64,000 bases of DNA, taken from NCBI RefSeq assembly GCF_009914755.1, contig NC_060929.1. One strand, written 5' to 3'. Each line of letters begins with the position of its first letter. Position 1 is the first letter of the stretch. Shown one piece after another: positions 39,581 to 59,599 of this stretch. This stretch comes from the human T2T-CHM13v2.0 reference genome, Homo sapiens. The notes under the pieces are model-generated. The model had not been told where the DNA came from, ran no database searches, and was given only the letters and a program-made list of their open reading frames with translations. The position numbers were made by a program, and so were the translations under genes.

Positions 39581-41162
39581 ACTGAGGAATCCATAGAAAA
39601 AAAAAACCCAGCTACTAGAACTAATAAACATGTTGAGAACATTTGAGGACCCAGGATTAAGACACAAAAAGCAACTGTACTTCACTATACTAGCAATGAA
39701 CAACATGAAAATGAAATTAATAAAACTAGTCCATCAAAGAGAATAAAATGCTTAGGAATAAACTTAACAAAAATGTGTAAGACATGTACGTTGAAAACTA
39801 CAAAACACTGCCTGAGAGATATTAAAGAAAATCTAAATAAATCGAAAGACATTTCATGTTCATAGACTGAAAGACACAATATTGTTAGGTATCAGTTGTT
39901 CCCTGACTGATCTAATAAATTCAATGTGACTTTTTCACATGCCAGTAGGCCTTCTTGCAGAATTGACAAGATGACTTAAATACTTACATGGAAGTGCAAA
40001 AGACTCCGAAGAGGCAAAACAATTTTGAAAAATAACGAAGTTAAAGGACTTCATACTCCCTGATTTCAAAGCTTACTAAAAGTTATAGTAATCAAGACAG
40101 TTGTGACACTAATGCAAGGAAAGATGTAGGTCAATGGAGCAGAATTGATAAAAAAAATTCTTCATTTGTGATCACTTGATTTTTATCAACATACCAAGGA
40201 AATTTTGTAGGGAAAAGACAGCCTTTTCAACAAATGATGTTTGTTTTCAAGAAATTATGCGGAGGAGCCAAGATGGCCGAATAGGAACAGCTCCGGTCTA
40301 CAGCTCCCAGCGTGGGTGACGCAGAAGAAGGGTGATTTCTGCATTTCCATCTGAGGTACGGGTTCATCTCACTAGGGAGTGCCAGACAGTGGGCGCAGGT
40401 CAGTGGGTGCGCGCACCGTGCGCCAGTCAAAGCAGGGCGAGGCATTGCCTGACTCGGGAAGCGCAAGGGGTCAGGGAGTTCCCTTTCCTAGTCAAAGAAA
40501 GGGGTGACAGACGGCACCTGGAAAATCGGGTCACTCCCACCCGAATACTGCGCTTTTCCGACGGGCTGAAAAAATGGCGCACCAGAAGATTATATCCCGC
40601 ACCTGGCTCGGAGGGTCCTACGCCCACGGAGTCTCACTGATTGCTAGCACAGCAGTCTGAGATCAAACTGCAAGCGGCAGCGAGGCTGGGGGAGGGGCGC
40701 CCGCCATTGCCCAGGCTTGCTTAAGTAAACAAAGCAGCCCGGAAGCTCGAACTGGGTGGAGCCCACCACAGCTCAAGGAGGCCTGCCTGCCTCTGTAGGC
40801 TCCACCTCTGGGGGCAGGGCACAGACAAACAAAAAGACAGCAGTAACCTCTGCAGACTTAAATGTCCCTGTCTGACAGCTTTGAAGAGAGCAGTGGTTCT
40901 CCCAGCACACAGCTGGAGATCTGAGAATGGGCAGACTGCCTCCTCCAGTGGGTCCCTGACCCCTGACCCCCGAGCAGCCTAACTGGGAGGCACCCCCCAG
41001 CAGGGGCAGACTAACACCTCACACGGCAGGGTACTCCAACAGACCTGCAGCTGAGGGTCCTGTCTGTTAGAAGGAAAACTAACAAACAGAAAGGACATCC
41101 ACACCAAAAACCCATCTGTACAACACCATCATCAAAGACCAAAAGTAAATAAAACCACAAAG

Positions 41163-42180
41163 ATGGGGAAAAAACAGAACAGAAAAACTGGAAACTCTAA
41201 AAAGCAGAGCGCCTCTCCTCCTCCAAAGGAATGCAGTTCCTCACCAGCAACGGAACAAAGCTGGACGGAGAATGACTTTGACGAGCTGAGAGAAGAAGGC
41301 TTCAGACGATCAAATTACTCCGAGCTATAGGAGGACATTCAAACCAAAGGCAAAGAAGTTGAAAACTTTGAAAAAAATTTAGAAGAATGTATAACTAGAA
41401 TAACCAATACAGAGAAGTGCTTAAAGGAGCTGATGGAGCTGAAAACCAAGGCTCGAGAACTATGTGAAGAATGCAGAAGCCTCAGGAGCCGATGCGATCA
41501 ACTGGAAGAAAGGGTATCAGCGATGGAAGATGAAATGAATGAAATGAAGCGAGAAGGGAAGTTTAGAGAAAAAAGAATAAAAAGAAACGAGCAAAGCCTC
41601 CAAGAAATATGGGACTATGTGAAAAGACCAAATCTACGTCTGATTGGTGTACCTGAAAGTGAAGGGGAGAATGGAACCAAGTTGGAAAACACTCTGCAGG
41701 ATATTATCCAGGACAACTTCCCCAATCTAGTAAGGCAGGCCAACATTCAGATTCAGGAAATACAGAGAACGCCACAAAGATACTCCTCGAGAAGAGCAAC
41801 TCCAAGACACATAATTGTCAGATTCACCAAAGTTGAAATGAAGGAAAAAATGTTCAGGGCAGCCAGAGAGAAAGGTCGGGTTACCCTCAAAGGGAAGCCC
41901 ATCAGACTAACAGCGGATCTCTCAGCAGAAACTCTACAAGCCAGAAGAGAGTGGGGGGTCAATATTCAACATTCTTAAAGAAAAGAATTTTCAACCCAGA
42001 ATTTCATATCCAGCCAAACTAAGCTTCATAAGTGAAGGAGAAATAAAATACTTTACAGACAAGCAAATGCTGAGAGATTTTGTCACCACCAGACCTGCCC
42101 TAAAAGAGCTCCTGAAGGAAGCGCTAAACATGGAAAGGAACAACCGGTACCAGCCGCTGAAAAATCATGCCAAAATGTAA
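41163..42180 (+). pseudogene. L1 ORF1p, disrupted
   Basis: MGKKQNRKTGNSK start at 41163; in-frame TAG at 41328-41330 (codon 56); +1 frameshift in the G run at 41953-41958; natural TAA at 42178-42180. Confidence 0.93.
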
Positions 42181-42228
42181 AGACCATCGAGACTAAGGAG
42201 AAACTGCATCAACTAACGAGCAAAATAA

Positions 42229-46057
<3,829 letters not shown>

Positions 46058-47204
46058 ACAATGAGAACACATGGGCACAGGAAGGGGAACATCACACTCT
46101 GGGGACTGTTGTGGGGTGGGGGGAGGGGGGAGGGATGGCATTGGGAGATATACCTAATGTGAGATGACGAGTAAGTGGGTGCAGCGCACCAGCATGGCAC
46201 GTGTATACATATGTAACTAACCTGCACATTGTGCACATGTACCCTAAAACTTAAAGTATAATAAAAAAAATGCCTTAAAAAATTATGCAACAAAATGACA
46301 ACAGGATATCTACATGCAAAAAGATGAATTTAGACCTTCATGTCACACCATACATAAAAATTAAATCAAGATGGACCATTGGCCTAAACATAAGAGCTAA
46401 TACTGTTATACTTTTAGAAAAAAAAAAAGGAAATCTTCACGGCCTTCAGCAATTTCGTGGGGAAATTTCAACACACGGCGCTGCCATGTTTGGATATCAA
46501 GATGCAAAAAGATCAACGTGTATCCAAACTTCACTTTTTATACAAAAATTAACTCAAAATATAGACAGAAATGTAAAACCTAGGAATATAAAACTTCGAG
46601 AACAAAACATAGAAGAAAATCTTTGTGACCTTAGGTTGAGTGAAGATTTCTTAGATACAATAGGAAACACACAGTCCATAATAGAACAAATTGATAAACT
46701 GAACTCTAGTAAAATTAAAAACTTCTGCTCTTCAGAAGACACTGTTAAGAGAATAAAAAGAGAATAAGAATACAAGCCACGAACTGGGAGAAAATATTTG
46801 CAAAGCATATTTTTGGTAAATTACTCATAATATACTCTCCAAACTACATAAGAAAATAAAAAACCTAATACAAATTCGGCAAGGTTTCACAGATGCCTCA
46901 CCATATATACACATATACATGACAAATAAGGGCATGAAAAGACATGTCCATCAACTGGTAAATAAACAAAGTAAATATATCTGTACAATGGACTACTACT
47001 CAGTCATAAAAGGGGATGAACTATTGATGTACTCAATAACACATATGAATCTAAAAAATTATGCTGACTGAAAGCAGAGAGTAGATAGTGTTTAATTTCA
47101 TTTTATGAAACTCAAATGAGACACCGGTAGCTGCCTGGGGACAGGAGTGAAGGCAAGATTACAAAGGAGCAGAAGGCAATTTTGGGGGCGATGGATAGGT
47201 TCTC

Positions 47205-47500
47205 TTTCTTTTTTTTGAGACAGAGTCTTGCTCTGTCGTCCAGGCTGGAGTGCAGTGGTGCGATCTCAGCTCACTGCAAGTTCCATCTCCCGGGTTCAAG
47301 CAGTTCTCCCTGCCTCAGCCTCCTGAGTAGCTGGGATTACAGGCACGTGCCACCACACCCGGCTAATTTTTGTATTTTTAGTAGACATGAGGTTTCACCA
47401 TGTTGGCCAAGCTGGTCTCGAACTCCTGGCCTCAAGTGATCCACCTGCCTCGGCCTCCCAAAGTGGTGGGATTACAGGCGTTGAGTCACCATGCCTGGCC
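47205..47500 (-). mobile_element. AluS-like
   Basis: Full antisense dimer. Confidence 0.88.
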
Positions 47501-48211
47501 GGTTCCCTGTCTTGATTGTGATGATGGTTTCCCACTTGTATACATGTTTCAAAATTTGTCAATGTATACACCCAAATATGTGCAGTTTATTAGATGTCAA
47601 TTATACCTCAAAACTATTTTTAAAAATTGGGTATGCATTTTATATATGTTTACTTCTTTATTTCATTTTTCTATAAATTATTCTTTATTCATCCACAATG
47701 AAATAAAAACAGTACGTGGCTTCAAAACTAACAGAAGGTTAAAATGGAATGGGGAAAAAAGCAGCCAATCCAAAGGAAGGGGAGAAAGAAGCGGAGAAAG
47801 AACACAGAACAGTCAGGAGGAACGGAGAGCACAGAAGGCAGCCAGAGGGTGCTGGCCGCAGGGATGGCATTAGATATAATGAACTAAATAGTCCAATTAA
47901 AGAATTAAAATGTTAAGCTATATTAAAACTGATAGTCTACAAAGCTCAAATACAGCACATACGATACAGAAAATTTGAAAGTAAAGGAGAAGTTATATCA
48001 TGCAACCTTTAACTGAAAGCAAGCTGATGTAGCTATACTGGACTAACATTGGGGGAAATTTGCAAGACAAGTTATTTCTGGGAATAAAATCAGTCAATTC
48101 ATTAAGATAAAAGGATGATGTCACCAAGAAGATAACAATTAGAAATGTGTGTGTTCTCAATGTGGTTTCAAAATAGTGAAAAGCTCCTTCTTTAAAAGAA
48201 GGGTAAAAAGG

Positions 48212-49730
<1,519 letters not shown>

Positions 49731-50044
49731 CATAGGAGAGAAGGGATTGTCATCAGGGAGGAGATGTCTGGAGACTCTTCATCTCTTCCCTGAACTAAAG
49801 GTTTGGTTGGGGCCCTTGGCTCAGTCATGTGACTTGGAGAGCCGACCCGTGGGGAGCTAGGAGAGGGAGCCTTTCTTCGGGGTGCCTTCTGCCCTTTGCA
49901 TGGTTCTCCCTTGAGCAGCCCTGGCTCAATGCTCCCCGGCGCCCTGACCTCTCGGCCTTGTGAAGGCAGCACCTCCTTCCATTCTGCCCACGTTCCAGCC
50001 AGGCACGGGCACAAGTGTAATGAAGACAACAACAAACGCAGGCA

Positions 50045-53000
50045 TGATTTGCAAAAACACAGACATTTTAACTTTAATAAGTTATAAAAGTAAGGAGTCA
50101 AATTTTACATTACAGAACAAAGATGTATTGGTTGTTGTATCGGTAAGCCAGAATTTTGTGATTTGAGTTCAGCACCTTGATTCAGTATAGTGGCTACCTG
50201 TCATACAGGAGGGAGTGGAATCATAAACTGCTTCATCTGCTAAGATGTTGCTATTGAGCACCATGTATATACTCAAAACAAACAGAAAAACCTTAAAATA
50301 CAAATGAAAGCCTTATACATGAAATTCCATGGGTTTTCCAAAAGGAGTAAATCAGAGAGCTGGGTTCCACAAATCTAACACGAGTCTGCCCACTAAGGAG
50401 AAGTGACTCAGGGACACTGTTGCAGATTTTCTAGTGCAGCGGAAGGTCTGAGTCTCATCATGCGGTTAGAAACTCAGCTAGAAGACATCTGTCTGCCTCC
50501 TCTGGGCGCCAGGAGCCCCTCAGATGCAGAAGAAGCTGGCTTGCGAAGATCAGGACTGTTACTAAGCCGGTTCTCCAAGTGGTCCCCAGCTCAGAGATTT
50601 GCGTCGTTTCTCAGAGCCCGGTGAACGTTGGCATTCCTTGGACAGACTTTTGAGGACCATCCGGCTCTAGAGGACTCTTGATATATGGCTCAAGGATTGA
50701 GGATGGCACAGAGGGTCATGGCTGTCAGTCCCAGAGGGCACCTTGCTCCCTTCAGCGGAAGACAGGTGCCCAGGGAATGTCCCAGCTGGGCCTCTTCCCA
50801 AAGGCTTCCAGCCTCAAGCCAGGAAGCCCTGCTCTGCTGAGATCTTGGAATGGAGTGTTCCCATCCAGAGGCCCCTAGGCTGGGTAAACCGAGTCATACT
50901 CTCTGCCTAGCGTTAGTCCTGAACTTCCTCCACATCCTAGGACAGACCCAAGTAAGAACTGCCCAGTTCTTCAGCCTGTGAATAGCACCAGCTGTCCTGG
51001 GTTCAACCAACAATGGAAAGCCTCGGGCTCCGTTTCCTAATTACAGAGGCAGGATTGCACACATGCTCTAAACCACATCTTCTTAAGGAAGGGGTACTAT
51101 GAGAGATACTCAGAAAGGTTTTCTCCAGTTTGGTTCTCCAGGAGACACGGGGACAGTGCGCAGCACGTGTGGGATGCGGTGGTGGAGGGCGGGAGGCTAG
51201 CCATCACCCAGGTGGAGACTGAAGCATCAGCCCAGATTCCGTTCTTGCTGGTTCCTACATCGTCATTTTGTCCCTTGGATCATACACACAGAGCCACCCA
51301 CATGTGCAGCCTCAGACAAACATACTTATTAGCACCTCAAAACTCAGTAGAAGGTAGCCACTATGCTGTTATCCTGAGCCTCATCCATATAATGGGGAAA
51401 TACACATGAACAAATTCTCGAAGAGGATTGGTGAGAGTACACAGCCTCTAGAAGTTTCTTAAACAGGAAAGGTTTAAGAATTATGTGTCAGGCTGAGCCC
51501 ATCTAAGGAGCTGACGTGCCCCTGGGTCTTGTAAGCCCAGAAAGTTTAAGCTTCACGTTCACAAAATGTCAAGGCAGTGAGAGGTAAAAATGAGCCACTC
51601 TTCTCCCATCCGCCCCTACTCCCCCTTCCTCCTATTTCTCTCTTACTCGCATGTTGCTCACAAAGCACCATTCTCTGGAAAATAGGAGCTATTAAAGTTT
51701 TCAAGGAGCAAAAGACAATGTAGGCTCTCCCCATCTCCCACCCTAAGCCCCCATCAGAGGCCACATTTTGCAGGTCACTGCTGGGTTCTGGAGCTTCTGA
51801 GAGACAGAGGCGAGGTGGGGCAGGGCGGGACAGGGAAAGCCCATTCCCAGCAAGCAAGCAAAGCCCACAAAGCCCAGAATCCCAGAACCCTTAGACTTGG
51901 CCGTAGGGAGATTCCAGGCCCTTGAACCGCTCACTGGACCTTCCCAGCAGAGCACGTGCCTCTCTCATCTTTCTCAGGTACTTGGGGAGGGAAGAGGCTC
52001 TCTGGGGAGCCCTGGAGCCAAGGTGGCCAGGGAAGAATGCAGGAGCTCTTCCCCCAGAGCCTGGAAGGCAGCCGGCAAGGCCAGGGTTAGTGGACAGGGG
52101 AGAGGCCTGGGAGAGCACCCCACTGTTTTCTTGGCATGGACCCTGTTTAGACCTATCCTTATGTCCCGTGATAGGATTCTCATTACTTTCGCAGGTGGAG
52201 GACAGCTGCACGGCTCAGACTCGGTCGAGACATTCAGATGCCGTACAGCATGAGCACCAAGAAGGTCAGAAGGCCTTTAGTTCTTAATTAGCAAGACTGC
52301 ATCAGACCAAGTGGAGGCCTCCTTAAAATGTTCTGAGTCGACCTTTAAAGATTGAGTTTTTTTCATGCAAAAATCTAGACTTCTTCCGAAAAAGAACACT
52401 GTCTGGCAAGGCCGGGGATAGTAGAGCAGAGATGGAGAGAGATACAGATTTCACAGTGGCAGCAACAGCCAGAACCAAGTCAGCTCCAGGTGGGTGTGGC
52501 TGTCAGGGCGGCCATGGTCCCCAGCGGGCCACTACGCTCACCCCGGTCAGCCGCCTGGCCCTGGAAGACGATTTGAGTTCATCACCTCCACTTCATTGTA
52601 CTCATCTCGGCAACGGGTCAGTTATTCAGTAAATCACCATTTCTCCTAAGAGTCCCACAGGCTGTGTCTGGGGATCGGTAGGGAATGTCATGCATCTCCG
52701 CCAAGGAAAGGAAGGTTCCCAATCACTGCTTAGCAACTTGGGGCCTATTTTTGTTCTCTCAGAGTGATCCCTCTTGCCCTGCCCTCACTGAGGGAGGCCA
52801 TACAGCCTCTATATTCCTCTCCACTGCACACCTGACGCCACCACAGTATTTGGTCGCTCCTGGGCTGGGAAGCACACGTGCTAACCTAGTTACCACATGC
52901 TCATGCCTATCTTTCTTACGTCATTCCCCCTCTTTGTTTTCTCAAAACCTTTTGGAATCAGGAATTTTGACTTCATCTCCATGACACAGGATTTGCTATC

Positions 53001-53058
53001 CCATGGAATATCTCTATAAGCAAGAAAAAAATGCTAGGGATGCTATCTTTCCATTTTA
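50045..53058 (-). other. ADAMTS2: ADAMTS2 long 3' UTR (~3 kb)
   Basis: Repeat-poor stretch after the stop codon, ending at ATTAAA plus a GU-rich element; contains four miR-29 seed matches. Confidence 0.75.
50073..50078 (-). terminator. Distal poly(A) signal of ADAMTS2 (ATTAAA)
   Basis: tttaat on + strand; downstream on minus tgcgtttgttgttgtc (50025-50040) is a GU-rich element. Confidence 0.7.
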
Positions 53059-53664
<606 letters not shown>

Positions 53665-54781
53665 TCAGTGTCAAAGCATCCCCAGTGCAGGCAGTGTCCA
53701 GGGACCCCTGCCTGGAAGTGCTGACACACAAGCTGTGAGCAAGGCTTCCCTCTTCCAAGCAGGCCCCAGTTGAACCTGGATGTTTCAGTATCTCTTAAAG
53801 TTTGAGAAAGAAATGAGGCCCGTTTGTTCTTACAGAGTGATTCCAAACTCATCTTAAAGAATAGGACTTTATCACATCTTCACATTTGACATCCCAGTGG
53901 TAACCCCAGTGAAATTCTGTGGCAAGGCTTGACTCTACAATAATCTCTAAGTAGTAACTATAACAAAATTAAACCTAAAAGAGCCAATTCCTAAGACCCA
54001 ATATAGCAAATCCCAGGGCCGCTGTGGCCCCACCATGCTCCACAACTCCCTGATGTTGCTCCCATTCTGACCCAGATGCCCCGGACGATCTTTTAACTGA
54101 ACAGCACCTAAAGGAAAGTTAAACATCACCCGAACCTGCATGGGCTTTCTTATACTTGCCTCAACTTACCCAACAACCTCATTTCCAGCCTCTGCTCCAT
54201 CCCCCTATAGCACCGCCACCTTGCGCATCCAGCCATTTCCCAAAGAAACGTGCTGCCCTCACATAGATTAATCGTTCCACCCTGCACATCTTTCTCTTTC
54301 CTTTCCACCCAAGAAACTGGTCATCTGTGGTCCAGCTTACATGGAGAGCCCCGACTCTCCACAGAAGCCACCATTATCTCTCACTTTCCACCCAGCCATC
54401 TTCTCCCTGGCCCATCTCGACCTCTGTCTGCAGCTATGTTCATTCAACCCATCAACTCTTCTTGCGCTCACACTCTCTTTACTCTCTGTCTCCTTCCCAA
54501 GTTTTCACCCCTTCCCTCTCCCCATCCCCTCATTCCACAACACAAAAATTAAGATGATTTTAAAAAATTCACTCAAGAAGAAAGAATAAGTCATGTTACA
54601 GGAGATACTTGATCCAGTATAAATTCCGAATCACTGACCTCCGTGAGCCCAACACCGCCTGTTGTGGTCTCTGCTCAGCTGCTCTCTACTCTCCACAGTG
54701 ATGACTTCAGACCTTTCCCACACAAACCCCCGACGTGCCCTCCTTTTCCCTCACTCTCCTTAGTTGAACTCATCTACTATT

Positions 54782-54915
54782 GAAAGGAAGGAAGGAGGGA
54801 GAGGGTGAAAGGAAGGAGGAACTGAAGGAAGGAAAGAAAGGAAAAAAGGAAAGGGAGGGAGGGACAAAAGGAAGAAAGGGAGGAGGAAAGGGAGGGAGAA
54901 AGGGAGGGAGAAAGG
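54782..54915 (+). repeat. Polypurine (GGAA/GGGA) low-complexity tract
   Basis: ~130 nt almost purely A/G. Confidence 0.9.
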
Positions 54916-56649
54916 CTCAGGCATTGGATGGGAGCCACATCTGACAGCTATCCCATACACCAACATATGACACAATCTACACCTGAAGCTGTCCAAAACA
55001 GACAAGACCCCCTTCCTTCCATCGAGGGCCAGTGGTTCTGATGTCCTGCTTCTTAATGGCCACTGCTCCAGCCTGTAATTTTCCCTTAGAAGCTGGTGAC
55101 AGACCACCAGCTCCAAACCCCTGAAGCTTCAGACTTGCTACAAGCCAAATCCACCAAGGGCCTGTGGGTCCCAAAAGCCCGAGACCCAACCCCTGCAGCG
55201 TGAGCTTAGGGCCTCTGCTGCCCACCCTGTCTCGGTGCATGGTGTTTCAGGCACACAAGCCAAACACCTGGGTGCCCCGTCCTAGACACTCTCAGATATG
55301 CCCTTGTTCCTCCCCGTCTCCCACCTCCACCCTGGCTGAGCTGCCTCTTGGCTGCACTATGGGAGGGGTCTGTGTCCATTCTTCACCCATGTCATCCAGC
55401 TATCCTGCTTCAGTCAGAATGCTGTTTTCTCACTGAAGATGTGACCACGGCACCCCCCCCCACCCCCCGCCACTTGAAGTCCCTGACCTGTCCCTTTCCC
55501 CTTTCCAACCTCCCTCTGGCCTTAGACTCCTTGCTCTGCATGGAACTCCTTTTGGCCACAGGGCCTTTGCACATGCAATGCCTCTCTCCTGCCTCCAGCT
55601 ACCACCCTTCCTCCTTCAGGGGCAGTTGGAGCACATCTTCCTCAGGCAGGCATCGCCTGACCTCCTTGAGCAGGTAAGGTCTCTGCAGCACACGGTCTCA
55701 GCAGCTGTGCCTTCCCAGCCAAGCTCGCATCTAATTGTCAGATGAATGACTAGTGCCAGACTTTTTCATTATCCTGAAAGCTCCACAGGGCAGAGCCCCA
55801 GAGCCTAGAACAGTGAACCAAATAATGCATAAAGGCATAAAAAAGATAAGGTATGAAAAAGATCAATGTGAATAACTGAGGAAGTTCAAAACAGGGAAAT
55901 TTTGAATCTGAAAATGGCAATTTCCAGGCAAGAAGAATGCAGGGAGGCCCATGCATCAGAGGGTGCCCGACTTCGGCCCTGAGCTTCTACGTGGCCAAAA
56001 TAAGGAGAACACATGACTGGCTGCAGGGTCCACCATGAAAAGGGAGTTAAAACCCATCGGCCATCAGGAGAAGTGGGGATCTCCCTGACACTGAGCCCAA
56101 GAACCATGCTCACAGTGCCAAGGAGGAAGGGGGAGGGCCTGGTACCCAGGGGAGATGCCAGAAATCAAATCGGAAGATCCTGAGATGTGGCTGTCAGGAT
56201 TTTGAAACTGGCAGAAGGCTTTTCTCAGATAAAAATCTTACACAGGTGCCCAATATATGAAACAGATAGACTCGGACTGCTGATGATAGTACTGTTTGAA
56301 GGTGGGTGGAGGAGACACAGAGCTCCCATCCCTGCCCCACCCCATCCTCTCCAGCAGCCTGGTTTGTGAAACCACTGAGCCCTACCCTCAGGGAAACACA
56401 GGGGGTTCTGGATAAGAGCTGATGGTGGCCTCCCTTCTCCCTACCCCATAGGCTTTGACAAAGGAGGGAGCCTGGGCCTGATGGTGCTGGGAGGGACACC
56501 CTGGCTGCACACTGCCCCCTCTCCTGTTGCCCATAGTTTTTCCTTCACACAGATAAGGCTGGTGTTACACATTTATCCACATCTCCACTCCCTCACTGTC
56601 TCCCCCACCAGGCTGGGATCCCTGAAAAGCAGGAATCACATCAGCCTGG

Positions 56650-57150
<501 letters not shown>

Positions 57151-59379
57151 GATCGTGGGTCAAGTGCACGCCTAGGTCAGAGCCATGCACGAGAAAGTGC
57201 TCCATAAATGCCCATTGAGTGAGGGGTGGCAGCCCCAGGTGGGGTCCCCCTTCCACCTGGTCTACATACTGGACTTCTATGTCTGATTTTCTCCCCACAG
57301 TGGGCGGCATTGCTCTTAGTTTAAAAAAATAAAAATACGTCAATGAGTAAATACAAAATTGAAATAAAATCCTGGCCAAGAGATTGACTATGCAAATAGC
57401 CTATGAAAATTTCAAAATAGCCTAGAAAAATTTCAAAGTCATCATGACCAACTGATCTTAAAGATGCCCCAGGTTTGTACATTTTTAAGTATCATCACGG
57501 ACCACAGAGAAGAGTGATGCACCTGAGGTAATGACTGGCGATGCCTCTCCGCCAAGATGAACACTGTGGTTTTATAATATTTGGTCTTCGGCCATTTCCA
57601 GTAGCAATCAAGTAGTGAGACCTATTGTCTTCCAGTGAATGACAATCAACCATTGAGAGTAAACACAGTTTTCATAAACTTAAGTCACTGTAGGCTACTC
57701 CCACGATCTTGGCTACACCTGAACAGCACCTGCATTATTATTTGCTTAGTCATATCCTTTAAATTAACTCCTTTTTACACTTAAAATTTGTTTTAGAAGA
57801 CCTTATACTATTACCACTCATGGAAAGCTACTGCAGTGAACAAAGGTAACCCTAAAATAGGAATACAAAAAAAAAGTTTAAAGTCCTTTTAAAGTCAATT
57901 TCAAAGTCACACTTTAACTCATCAAATTCTAGAGAGAGACTCCTGCCTGCCAAGCTCTGAGCTGAAGGGAAATGAGCAAATGTGAGACAGGCTAAAGCTG
58001 GTAGCAAGTGAGGCTTTCTTCCTGAGGTCACCATAAAGCATAAAGGGAACTAGGAAGGGACCGCTCAGTGCAGTGCAGCCCCAGCTATGTTTATGCACCA
58101 CCGAATCACCTTCCATTTCCCATGCTTTGGAAAATGCTGGATGGAGAATACCTCATTCTCATTTCTCAGTAAAGGAGTGGTAGGCTCAGACACCCATGCC
58201 AACATTCAAAAGGTCATGCAGCTGGTTAAAAAAGCAAGAGGCACCCCCCTCCAGATGTGCCCTCCTTGGCACCTGGGCTGTAGGCGGCGTCTCTAGCTCT
58301 GGCCTAGGAGCCTCTTAGCGGGAATTGCTCCTGACCCATCTCTGGGAAGAGAGACTGAGTGGAGGGAAGCACTGTCTGACCCAATTTTCCCTGATGCTTC
58401 TTGTCTCCTTTAAGCTGCGATTGCTTTTGATGATCAATGATCTGAGCTCTGGGCAGGCTGAACTCAGCCATCGCTACCATGGTTGCTCCCTACCCAGGCT
58501 AGCCCCCGGGCCCGGCCCTATGCCCAAGGCCTGTCCCCATGACACTGGGCTGCTCCCCACTGTTCTTTCTCATGGCCTTCCACGCTTTCTTCCCTCTCCC
58601 TGGTGGGACTCCTCAGTGGTACAGAAAAGGGAGGAGTGAGACTTCCATGGGCAGGACACAGCCCAGGCCCCAGGTCAGGAGGTCCCTCTTGAACCCAGAC
58701 CCTCTTTCTGGCCATTTTCAGCAATGTGAGAGAACACAGGCCCTGTGGCTGCCTGGGAAGACCTTGGAAGACACGGGCAGGCCAGTTGCCCAGAGAGCCA
58801 CCACTGCCCTGCCCCTCTCCCGACCCAGGCTTTCCCGGGGCTGGCCCAGCCCCCCACCTGAGCCGGATGGGCACCTCTCCCTTCCTGGACGAGTAGCCCA
58901 AGGCCGAGAACTGTGCCTGGAGCCAGGGTAGTGACCTGCTGGTGGCTCACGGCAGGTGACCTGGACTAGCAATGTCTGGGCTACTGACCCCACATTCCCA
59001 CTCCACAGGCTCTGCTCCAAAGATGAGGAGAAACCCATCTCGGGCCCTTTTCCTGACGAGGAGACCTCCATATAGAACCTAGATATTCTTGCGAGGTGCT
59101 CATATGACATGATTCAAAACCCGGAGTCACGGTGGGGTGTCTGCACGGTTTGCTATCAGATTTTGGAAAATACCTGGGGAGGGGAGATACACCTTTCAGG
59201 GGGAGGGGCCCTAAATATCTATGTTGGGCAGTGGGGAGTGGGGCAGTAAAGTCATTCAAATTAGAAACCGGGGTAGTTAATGCTACTGAGTGAGGCCCCG
59301 CAACTCCTCAGTGTCTGGGCCCCCAAAAAGAGAAGGAGCCATCAGCTTGCCAAACCCACGCACCCAGTTTCATGGAACT

Positions 59380-59385
59380 TTTATT
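59380..59385 (-). terminator. Candidate intronic poly(A) signal (AATAAA) in the last ADAMTS2 intron
   Basis: tttatt on +; GU-rich gggtgcgtgggtttgg downstream on minus; U-rich and UGUA elements upstream. Confidence 0.55.
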
Positions 59386-59599
59386 GAGTTTATTTGTGGG
59401 ATGCATGACAGGAGGTCTTTCCATCATTAGTAAGAATGAAAGGTCATTTTCACAGTCACTTTGGCACACGCTAACGTCTCATAAAAAAAACCAGAAAAGC
59501 AAAGACAATGGAACCTATAGAATACGTCATTAAATACATACAAAACACTAATAAAATATCCCTGATAAACCAAAGTGCATATGCCCAGGACAGTATTGC

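Noticed and set aside
46092-46135. G-quadruplex-like G tract
   Set aside because: Standard feature of the L1 3' UTR.
46285-46767. 160-aa ORF directly after the L1, possibly a 3' transduction or extra ORF
   Set aside because: It is outside the TSD and is a decayed ORF2 C-terminal remnant of the older host L1M.
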